Below are positions 11,198-20,000 of a DNA stretch of 20,000 bases, piece by piece. A program made the translations under genes and the position numbers. Positions within the stretch are counted from its first letter, which is position 1. The number at the start of each line of letters is the position of its first letter. Origin of the DNA: Paraglomus brasilianum (lineage: Eukaryota); the NCBI GenBank assembly GCA_910592345.1, contig CAJVPI010000029.1, positions 56,753 through 76,752 on the forward strand, given 5' to 3'. The notes under the pieces were generated by a model. The model was not told the origin of the DNA, made no database searches, and saw only the letters and a program-made list of their open reading frames with translations.

Positions 11198-11932
11198 TTG
11201 GAGAGTTGTATTATGGGGCAGTATAGTATATTCTTTCATCTGAAACATACACACAATTATATCGTGAGTTGCCTAGAAATAGATATAGGATGAACTACAC
11301 AATCTTACGCGGTTAGTCTAATAAAACATACCAATGATGATGTCATTGATTGATTTTTTCGTCGATTTAAGATGCGAGTGCTTTATAAAAAGAAGACCCT
11401 GTTAGACAACACCAAACTATACGAGACGATAAAAAACAATCGTACTCAAAAGTAAGAAATGAGGAATAATTACCACAGCCAAAGAGGTGCGAGTATAGTG
11501 CAAGATATGAAAATGATAAACGGCGCAAGGAGTCTTGTGGTCGTAAATAGTAACTTGACATTGCGATTATATATATGCAACACAGGTGGCACAAAAAAAC
11601 CAAATTAGATTCACCGATCATCTAAATATTAACTAAAGCATAATCCCGAGTTTATGAGGAAATTGATGTGTGCAGATACTGATTATAGCAAGATTTACGT
11701 TTTCTACTATTGTTACCCGTACAGTATGTAAATATAAATAGAAGGATTAGTGTATATTTATCGATATTGATATGTTCTCCCGATGATACTAATACTAAGA
11801 CAAAGTTAACAATAAACAATAAATCTCTTTTGTTATGCATGATTACGATAATAATAAGACAGAAACCATCGTATAATTAGATAACAATAACAGTCTCAAT
11901 TTAGACTTGAAGACGTAATAATGCCGGATAGT

Positions 11933-12230
11933 TCCGAAAATAATTACCTACACCACAATCCTTCTAAATGTTTCTATCACGAGATCATTATCAGTAAAAA
12001 GACAATGAGTTATGATGTCACCAAAATCCTTCTAAATGTTTCTATCACGAAATCATTATCAGTAAAAAAACGATGAGTTATGATGTCACTACCGAAAATA
12101 AGCACCTTCCCAAATTTTACCTCCGAAAATAATCCCCTACACCACAATCCTTCTAAATGTTTCTACGATTCGATCAATTAATTTATCACGAAATTATTAT
12201 CAGTAAAAAACAATGAGTTATGATGTCACT
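11933..12230. repeat. Three imperfect direct copies of a ~65 bp unit interleaved with CCGAAAATAA motifs
   Basis: Unit AATCCTTCTAAATGTTTCTATCACGARATCATTATCAGTAAAAA..ACRATGAGTTATGATGTCAC at 11957-12021, 12025-12089 and 12146-12229 (third copy has a ~20 bp insert). CCGAAAATAA occurs at ~11934, ~12092 and ~12123. Confidence 0.9.
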
Positions 12231-12236
12231 CGTATA

Positions 12237-12832
12237 CAAGGTCTACCCCGATAAACCGAAGATGTCGGTGCAGCAATTTTTCTTCGGATTAGCGGGGTTG
12301 CTCTATAAACCGAATTGTATATTCAGGGAAACCATACGTTCAGATAAACGGGGGTAAGTGTTCAAGCTGCCAGATAATATATATCGTAAACAATAACATA
12401 AGCTTACTACACCAGCACTTGTGAAATTTGAGATTAAACCTTAAAGCCAGAGATTGATTGACATTGTTTTTCTTTACACTGATTTAACTCATACAGTATA
12501 TAAAATTCTCGCTAAGGCCCTCTCTTTGTTTATTAACAATTTTTATAGACAAATATAATTGGTCGAAATATGCGGTTTATCGGGGTCAATATTCGGTTTA
12601 CAAAGGTGGATGATATTATTGGCTATTGTTACGTTATTTTATTCGGATTATCAGGGTAAAATTTTATATGTTTGTTTCAGAAAATCTTCGGTTTACGGTT
12701 TATGGAGGTTTAATAGTAACTTCGGTTTGTCGGGGTAATTTTAATAGGCTAAAGTGCGGATTTCAAAAAAAAAATTTTCGGTCTAACGGGGTTTTCGGTT
12801 TATCGGGGTTCGGTTTATCGGGGTTGACTTTG
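12237..12832. mobile_element. pogo/Tigger-like MITE (596 bp) with 24 bp TIRs
   Basis: Left CAAGGTCTACCCCGATAAACCGAA (12237-12260) matches the reverse complement of right TTCGGTTTATCGGGGTTGACTTTG (12809-12832) at 22/24 positions. TA at 12235-36 and 12833-34. Many internal CGGTTTATCGGGG-like copies. Confidence 0.92.
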
Positions 12833-12890
12833 TAGTTGTTACTAATATTGGAAAAAAGCTGTTTAAAAATTTCTTTTTTCACGCCCAATC

Positions 12891-13092
12891 ATGACTCGCG
12901 AAACTTATTGCTAGAGAGCAAGAACGAGACAATATTGGAAAGTTTACCAAAAAACAACGAAACACTGATAATTGGGGTGATGAAGATGACAACGGGTGGG
13001 ATGATGAAATTGATCTAAGAAATGAAAAAATAATTAGGCCTCTTGAGTTAAATTGGACGGAGTATGCAGTTAAAAAGTACAAATCCCACTAG
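12891..13092 (+). pseudogene. Probable internally deleted IS630/Tc1-like transposase gene (N-terminus fused to C-terminus)
   Basis: After a frameshift near ATG 12891 the frame reads AKLIAREQERDNIGKFTKKQRNTDNWGDEDDNGWDDEIDL...ELNWTEYAVKKYKSH*. AVKKYKSH resembles the terminal motif of a fungal IS630/Tc1-like transposase group, recalled from memory. Confidence 0.45.
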
Positions 13093-13308
13093 ATTATGTA
13101 ATTGAAAAATTAAATAAAATAAAATAAATTATCGGTTTAAAATCACGTGAATTACGTGATAATTTACATTCAAAATTTCGGCCACCATATTCGTGAACAT
13201 CATAATAGGACACGACTGCTGTCCGACTTATCGTTATTCTATGTACAAGAAGTTTTGCGTTCCTTTATTAGTTACTATGTACAAGGAGTGTGATTTGGGA
13301 ATACATAC

Positions 13309-13715
13309 ATGCGTTGTCTATCGGATAAAAAATTTTGTGAAAAAAGCAAATACACTGACGACTTGGGAGTACGTTGTTCTGTGGTTGGTTCCAAAAATTT
13401 TAAGGAACGTAATGCAAAAACTTCAGGAGGAATCATCGTCAGTGGACACTGCTGCTATCATCAATGCCTTGCCATCGTTGAAAAGTATCCTGCTCTATTC
13501 CCGATATTTTGTCCATTATTTCACTACCCTCAATTCCCTCAACACCATTTATACCACTAGATCCAAACACATTCCATTCTATCCTTGATACCTTAGATTG
13601 GCTCCTGAATCGGTTTGTCAGGAAACTTAGGAAGTTAGATGAGTTAGATGACACAACAGAGGAAAATGATTTTGATAAAATTGACGAAGATGAAAAAAAA
13701 AAATGTGGAAATGGG
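13309..13715 (+). pseudogene. Decayed coding remnant with a degenerate RING-like Cys/His pattern and acidic tail
   Basis: RCSVVGSK...GGIIVSGHCCYHQCL...FCPL followed in another frame by LDWLLNRFVRKLRKLDELDDTTEENDFDKIDEDE. Several expected Zn ligands are missing and the frames are broken. Confidence 0.3.
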
Positions 13716-14024
13716 TGAATCAAATATGGCTGAATTTAAAGATTCATGCAGATTAAAGCCAGACTTGCTGGACGCAAAAGGACAAGGACCGCACCATTCT
13801 TACTACCAAGGACTCGCAAATTGCTTTGTGCGCAAATGCTGACGGTTCTCATAAATTAAATCCATCAGCAATTGGTGAAATACATAGACGGCAGCTGGGT
13901 CGTCAGCTCAGATCCAGGTGACTCCACTGATTGAGAATCATATGGTACAAATCCAACGTCAGTCATGTCATTACTTCAAGACATGTCCGCTAGAATAGAT
14001 ATGTTGGTGCAGGAACAACAGGAA

Positions 14025-14946
14025 AAACCGCGATGCTTTACCAATATTATTATTTGCCAGTAACGTATTGTAGCAACAAGAAAACTAGGATGTTGGCGAC
14101 TATTTTTCAAGACCATCTCATGATGAAATTTACACATGATTAAAATTTTGTGTGTACAGTTATGTCATTATTACTATTATTACTGGTACCGGAGTCATTG
14201 CTAAGCGATATTTAGTTTGACCGGAATGGCTTCAAGAATTTAATAAGGAAGTGATTAAAAGACACAAAAATCAACGAGTTCTGTTACTTCTGGATAATTG
14301 CCCAAGCCATAAGACAGCTGGTGTGGCTCTTTCAAACGTCAATATTTATTTTCTCCCTCCAAACACGACAGTCAAAATGATGCAGGAATTACTATTACCA
14401 GTTTCTTAAAAAAAAAACAAAGCATTGAAAGTAGGGTTAAGCAAAGCAGAGAGTTAAAATGGATGTGTTGCAGGCAATAAATTACATTATTAGGAGCTGG
14501 GACGAAATTACACCAGTAACCATCAGCAACTGTTGGAATCATACCAACATTCTTCCGACTAGCATTGATAGATCTTAACCTGATAGCATGTTCGATTGAA
14601 TAATCCGGAAGAAGAAATAATTTATGAAGTGCCCGATAACTGAAGAGCTTGTCAAAATATACAGAAAACATCAGACATTCCTATTGATGATAGTGAAATT
14701 GATAACAGCACTGAATCAATGTCAACGATGTTTAAAAAGGTTTAGAATTAGTCAACAACAAGATTCTAAGGAATTGCTCTAACATATTAATGCTCTTGAT
14801 CATTACATTGGTTTAAAGCTGAGAAACAGACAATTCAGTAGACGGATATTTTATTTGTCTTTCATTATACTTAAATAAATACAACTATATCAATCACGTG
14901 TACAAATAAAATTGGGCGTGCATACAAGTATCAGAGCGTTATGCGG
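14025..14946 (+). mobile_element. pogo/Tigger (DDE_1) transposase remnant with probable right terminus
   Basis: KPRCFTNI-LPVTYCSNKKTRMLATIFQ (14025-14110), then after a ~113 bp insert EWLQEFNKEVIKRHKNQRVLLLLDNCPSHKTAGVALSNVNIYFLPPNTT-DAGI, KMDVLQAINYIIRSWDEITPVTISNCWNHTNILP and a decayed tail ending near 14855. Candidate right TIR ...GAGCGTTATGCGG ends at 14946 (less certain). Confidence 0.9.
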
Positions 14947-15242
14947 TGTTCGAAAGTAGATCAGTATTTCTTGTGAAAGCATTGAATAGTGCTATGTTGT
15001 GCTGAAACGTTAGAAGATCATGACAAGAAGAGTATCCAGCATTTTCACAAAAAAGGATAGTATGATGCTTGCCTATATCCAATGCTTGCATATGAATAAC
15101 GGGTATACCAAGTTATTTATTTACCTATGTTTTATAGCATATGTCTTCATGGCCTTGACTTCATTTAATACTATATTCCTATATTACTGCTCTTATAAGT
15201 TTCTGAATCAATCTTTACACAAATCAATACACTCTCCGCTCG

Positions 15243-16401
15243 TTAACGCAACGGACATTTCTTCGAGCCTGGTTTCTTCTTAATGTGTTCTTCAAAGATA
15301 TTCATAATGTTTCGATCATCCCACTCCAACTCACGCGTCTTGGGCCCTTCCGATTGGTTTCCAAACTTTAGCTCTGCCCTCCGTCGCTTAGCAGAAGCTG
15401 CTGTGCCTACTGCCTCGCTTTCAGAATAAAAGTACTCCGGATACGTTCCTCCAAGATTTGTACTGATCGGGGTTGAAGTCGTAGCAATGGGGGTAGTAAC
15501 ACTAATCGGGGTAGAACTACCAGGGGAAGTCGCGGACATCAAGTCAAAAGACGAGTTGGATTGGATGGTGGGTGATGACTGAGAAGTTGATTTTTCCTCA
15601 ATAACCTCAATAACCGGTGCCGCTTGTTGATAATGTTGCAAGTTAGGTATTATCTTCTTCAGCGCATGATCACGCAATGAATGCCACGTGTGCCTTGGAA
15701 ACTATGTGACCAAAATAAATGATCCATCGTGTTAATAACATGCGCATATAGCAAAGCATGAAAGTCTAATGAAAGCGAGTGAAGAAAGTAATCTCAACAC
15801 GGTAAGGCATATTACCTCTGGCTCTATTTGTTTATATATCTCATTTCCTTTCAGATGACTGTTTAATCTTTGTTGTTCTAACACAAACTGAACCAATTTG
15901 TCGTCCTCTTCTTTTGTATAGTGAGCACGACTACAATAAGTGTCAGAAATAATTAGTCACAGTTGGTAATCAGCAATGACTCTTAGATAATTACAGTAAT
16001 AATTTTAGGTACCCGATTTTTCTTGTCCTGACTTTCATGAGATAGTTGGCCGGCTGTTGTAAACAGCCTTCTTTAATAGAGTCAAGAGCGAACATGAAGG
16101 AGTATTGGCCAGGCTCTGTTGTATCTTTTCGAGGGTTTGCAAGTATAAACTGAGCGGCCCTTGGATCCTCTGTCATCACGCCACCGTGGTTCTTTTGTTA
16201 GGGATAACCATAAATTCACTGTCTTCGTGAGGTGAGTCTTCTTCAACATAATAGGATAATACAACAAACCTGTATTATTATCATTAAATTATCTCTATCT
16301 GGTACATCTTTCTTAACATAAATAACATATGGATGACCAGTACTAGAGTCGGTAAAGATTAAATTTACGTTTTGTACGCCTGTTGTAGACATTTTTACCA
16401 T
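15243..16401 (-). CDS. RAP1: Rap1/TERF2IP-like telomere-associated protein (BRCT + Myb), 4 exons, ~294 aa as modelled
   Basis: Exons 16401-16270, 16191-16013, 15930-15816 and 15701-15243 join in frame (885 nt) with GT..AG introns and CTAAC/CTGAC branch motifs in introns 1-2. BRCT-like segment: IFTD...YV...RDNLMIIIQNHGGVM...AQFILA...FALDSIKEGCLQQPANY. Rap1-type Myb: GRAHYTKEEDDKLVQFV...LKGNEIYKQIEPEFPRHTWHSLRDHALK. Alternative ATG at 16392. The 3' end is uncertain. Confidence 0.82.
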
Positions 16402-16700
16402 TCGAAAAAGTGGAAAGCGTGCGTTTCCTGTTCGTGAACGTGCCGACAACAATAAATGCGTTCATTGGTTGATTTAAGTGCAAATCGATTGACCAATCAT
16501 GATCATATGCCTAAATACGATAATCAATAACGATAATAGTAATAGTTCTATTTTGTGCTTGGGACTGTGGTCCTTCAACGATCAGCTGACCAACGTAGGG
16601 GTGATGTCAAAGCTCGTTATATAATGGCACAACCCATGAACTAATAACATATATTAATATTATTTGTTATGGTAGACTTGCACACGTAATTCCATATACA

Positions 16701-17287
16701 CAGCGAAAGTCGATATGACGGTTTGTTTATATAACGGATTTCGCTTAGTACGGAGTTTTTCTTGGAACCAGAGTTTTACTAATTAATATAACGGAGTTTA
16801 CTATTAAATCGTTGTAGTGCGATTCCGGGAGTTTTTTTTTGATGAATGGAGATTAATGAGGCATTGTTCAATATAACGGAATTATGCCGGAGTCCGCTGT
16901 AAGTGGCTGATCCGTTATAATCCATAGTAATATTAATAGCACAAATTTATTCGTCAGTATAATAAAGATCAGGTTGTCAAATATTTTCTTTCTTGTATAT
17001 TAATAACATTTAACAATACTATGGGGGAAAGGACAAGGTTTCATTAATATTAACGGCTTTACAAAAGAAAGAAATTTGCAAACATGCTTCTAATGCAAAC
17101 GTTCAACAGGAAGTTATTACTAAAGCAAAAGAATATGGTATTACATTAACAAATTTAATAAATATCAAATAATAAATAAAAACCGCTACATCTAAGATTT
17201 TCTGTGTTTGCTATATCGGTTTTTCGATAAACGGATTGTCACAGTATAACGGATTTTATGCCTGTCCCGTTATATTGACTTTCACTG
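16701..17287 (+). mobile_element. Non-autonomous pogo/Tigger deletion derivative (587 bp)
   Basis: Left CAGCGAAAGTCGATATGACGG (16701-16721) matches the reverse complement of right CCGTTATATTGACTTTCACTG (17267-17287) at 18/21 positions. Repeated internal ATAACGGA motifs. Remnant LTALQKKEICKHASN...ITKAKEYGITL at ~17050-17148 resembles the CENP-B-type HTH start. The TA flanks are imperfect (CA left, GTA right). Confidence 0.8.
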
Positions 17288-17607
17288 GTATTGTGAAATT
17301 TATATTTTCTACTTGATACAGTTATGCCATAAATTCCCTTAAAAATTGAAAGACTAGTAATAAATGTGACAGATTAAAATGAAACCGGATTAAAATAAAA
17401 TTTTCTCATGAAAATTTAAAATTTTGGGGGGGTTTAGGGTAACTTTTGTTAATAGAGGGTTTTAGAGCATTAAAAGAGAATCCAAGAAGACCCCAAATTT
17501 CGTTTTAATTCGATTTTGTTTTAATAAATGTCAATGGATATATCTAGACTTGGTCGCATTCAATAAAAGTAAATGGTCCGTCTTCATTCCTATTGGCTGA
17601 AGCCCTA

Positions 17608-17790
17608 TCTCCGTTATAGTGCGACTAATTGTGAATAGACTTACCCAAAATTCCATTATAGCTAATAACGCGGGCTGCTATAAAAATCCACTGTAACGAG
17701 CGATTTTTTATATATGGAAATTGTGACAAAAAAAGATCTTTTATAAAGCGATTCCATTGTAACGAGATCCACTATAACGAGCTTGAACTG
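17608..17790. mobile_element. Right terminus of another pogo-like element
   Basis: Repeated CCAYTRTAACGAG motifs (~17688, ~17753, ~17769) ending in GCTTGAACTG followed by TA at 17791-92, i.e. reverse complement CAGTTCAAGCTCGTTATAGTGG. Left end not firmly identified. Confidence 0.6.
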
Positions 17791-17883
17791 TAGTGTTCGA
17801 AAAAAAAAAGATGACAAGAATTCATTTCACCATTCTCGAAAAATGGTTTTTTGAAAACCCTATACAAAATAACGAGCCGCTAA

Positions 17884-18088
17884 CAACAACGATACCACAT
17901 TTTTGTTTCATGGAAGAACGGGAGGGAGCCAACTCAGATTTGCAACGAGTTGGTCAATGCAGAAGCACGCTTCATATATTCAAGGACGGAGATGAAAGCA
18001 TTTACGACAAGGCTCGTTCTAGACGCCCTTGCGAAGCGGTAACGTCGGAAAAAATTGCCAAAGTTGACGACCTTGTTACCAATGACCT
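17884..18088 (+). pseudogene. mariner transposase N-terminal HTH remnant
   Basis: QQRYHIFVSWKNGREPTQICNELVNAE then, after a deletion/frameshift, FKDGDESIYDKARSRRPCEAVTSEKIAKVDDLVTND. This matches the mariner pattern FKxGxxSxxDxxRSGRP...T.E.I.KV..L...D. Confidence 0.78.
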
Positions 18089-18306
18089 CGTAAAAAAAAA
18101 GAGCCATTACTTAAAGTATACATTTTTATGGCGAAAGACTCACAGAGGGTATGGCATCCACGCATTGAAGAGATCCCAAATGTGCATAACAAACTCATGA
18201 TCCCTTTGCTCTATTCGCCAATAGCACCAATAACACTTCCCAAGTTGGTTCTAAATGAGTGTCATTTTTGGAACTGGATAGTCAAGGAGGTATTTCCCGT
18301 GAATAA

Positions 18307-19038
18307 CTAGTGTAGTATTAAAGTCCGGTCAACTGCGTTGACCGGGCAAGTTATAATAGAGTATGGTTAATATGTTAAGTAATGTGCAGTAGTTAGTTTT
18401 ATTTTTGATATGCGGGATTAAAATGGGGAAATTGTTGAGCAACACGTTGTATTCTTTTACTACATTTGAAAAGCAGTTCACTGATGTTGAGGTTTTCCCA
18501 AGTCGGACACCTGCCAATTGCAACGTAAGCTTGACCTGGAGAGAATATGTGATGATCTAATAATACAGGTATTTTTATAATGTAAGACCCTGAGTTTTAT
18601 GTATTGAATAAATTCTGTAGAGAAAACTGAGTTCGAGAAGCTTTTTGCCCTGCAGCATAAAAGTATGAAGTATGTTATTGTATTCAACGATGGACTATTG
18701 CATTCTGTACACAAATTTCCACTTGGACAGAATGTGAATTTTTATCAAAATCAGTGATAATGCCAATAGTTCCATTGCAAATACCTTATTTTATAAGAAA
18801 ATTATTTAAGAACATTACGCGAGATCCTTCTTGAATGCGTACGGTCAGGGCCCCGTCGAAGATTCGTTTTCGTCGGAATCTTCTGCATCTTCTTCTTTTT
18901 CAGAAACAAATTATGTAAATCGGATCAGTTGGGAGGGAGTTATCGTCGGGTAGGCGGCAGTATGCGAGACCTTTTTATGTTGTTCTCATTTACAGTTTGT
19001 TGGGTAATGTAAGCAATGACGGAAAGGGAAGCAGGCAT
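18307..19038 (-). mobile_element. Helitron deletion derivative with PIF1 helicase C-terminal remnant and canonical 3' end
   Basis: Minus strand ~18848-18470 reads TVRIQEGSRVMFLNN...GICNGTIGII...SRTQFSLQN-IHKTQGLTL-LDHHIFSPGQAYVAIGRC (PIF1 C-terminal motifs, with stops and frameshifts). It is followed by a GC-rich hairpin, 14 nt, then CTAG (18310-18307) and T. The 5' TC end was not located, so the upper coordinate is a minimum. Confidence 0.9.
18325..18345 (-). other. Helitron subterminal termination hairpin
   Basis: CCGGTCAAC-TGC-GTTGACCGG: perfect 9 bp stem with a 3 nt loop, 14 nt from the terminal CTAG. Confidence 0.9.
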
Positions 19039-19839
19039 TTTTTCAAGAGAAAAGTAATGTAGAAGGTATGGCAATAGAGATATTTTATACATCTTTCTTG
19101 TTTGTTTTTGTTTACCGAGAAAATAACGAATATTGTCAATTTATGTTGTGTATTTTTCAGTAAATTTTTGGTATCTTAAAAGCCGTAAATAAACATATGT
19201 TATGATTACACATCAGTTAATTAAATAACCGTTTGCTATTAACTCAATTATTTTTTCCTTTTTTGTAAATAACACCAATGATTTTCTTGATCAAAAAAGA
19301 AATATGCGGCAAACGTGTTATAACGTACTAAACTTTCTATTTCTTATGTGTGCTTTTAATACCTTTAGCGTTCAATCGTAGGTGTAGCTAATAAAAGAAC
19401 GCAAAACTTCATGTGTGCTTTTACGTAATTATCTATCTAAATTTGATTTAATCAAATAAGCGATAATAACATTTCTTGCCAGTTATTTGTAAATTTATTT
19501 GTATTTGAGAAAAGAAGAAAAAAAAGCTGCGTCGTATTAGGTTTCGTTTAACGGGAACGTTTGACCACTATGCAAAAGCTTAGACTTCTGCTTGCTTTAA
19601 AAACGGGCCCATACTGACGATCGCTAGCCATTAATAGGAAGTACAATATTTAGTTGTAACCAATAATTACACGCCGTTAGACGTCGGTAAAGTTTCGGAT
19701 TTGGTATGCAAAAGTGTAATAACGTTGAAAAAAAAAAAAGCAACGTACTACAAATCCCCCAACTGACCAGGTTTCAAGTTACACAGAGATTGATATCATT
19801 ATCGCTCGAGAGTAAAGTCTGGTCTCAACTTTGTACGAA

Positions 19840-20000
19840 ATGAACGATTTTGTTGATTTATCCTCGGGTCTTTCAGCCGACTATGAGAAATTGTTTGAAA
19901 GTGGCAGATATACAGATATTTCGATCCATGTTGGAAAGGAGCCAAGTAGCAAAATATTTTTCGCTCACACATTGGTAATGTGTACGAGAAGCAAATTTCT
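19840..20000 (+). CDS. BTB/POZ domain protein, 5' part (truncated by window end)
   Basis: MNDFVDLSSGLSADYEKLFESGRYTDISIHVGKEPSSKIFFAHTLVMCTRSKF: BTB N-terminus pattern (LSxDxxxL...xDxxIxVG.EP..K.F.AH..+L..RS.F) of the kind expanded in arbuscular mycorrhizal fungi. Open to the window edge. Confidence 0.9.
   Translation, partial: MNDFVDLSSGLSADYEKLFESGRYTDISIHVGKEPSSKIFFAHTLVMCTRSKF

Noticed and set aside
11933..12230. CRISPR array
   Set aside because: Units are ~65 bp, nearly adjacent and lack unique regular spacers. The context is eukaryotic with no cas genes.
16604..16628. GTCAAAGCTCGTTATATAATGG as the left TIR partner of the end at 17790
   Set aside because: Partial similarity only, with no TA-CAG terminus; too weak to define an element.
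17428..17465. TTTAGGG / AGGGTTTTAG telomere-like words near the Rap1-like gene
   Set aside because: Isolated single copies, expected by chance.
17793..18200. 135 aa ORF as a real gene
   Set aside because: GTG start; only the middle matches a mariner remnant and the rest is read-through of unrelated DNA.
18325..18345. Rho-independent terminator
   Set aside because: Eukaryotic context, and its position between a PIF1 remnant and CTAG identifies it as a Helitron end hairpin.

Overview
AT-rich eukaryotic DNA with short GT-AG introns, most consistent with a Glomeromycotina/Mucoromycota fungus. This taxonomy is inferred from the BTB gene type, intron style and transposon set. I can support four host-type loci: a small intronless Ser-rich ORF (3843-4163), a 5-exon Uma2-family PD-(D/E)XK nuclease gene that looks pseudogenised (10298-11197, minus), a 4-exon Rap1/TERF2IP-like BRCT+Myb gene (15243-16401, minus) and the start of a BTB/POZ gene (from 19840). 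Most of 7.0-19.1 kb is densely packed decayed mobile DNA: TA-flanked Tc1/pogo MITEs and deletion derivatives, remnants of pogo, Tc1, mariner and Sola-like transposases, a Polinton/Maverick-type family B DNA polymerase remnant, and a Helitron with an intact 3' hairpin+CTAG end. I see no intact novel multi-gene system. The best leads are the bacterial-type Uma2 gene with spliceosomal introns, the Rap1-like gene that seems to lack its C-terminal domain, and the extra ORF inside the Helitron. All family assignments come from manual translation and remembered motifs, not database searches.
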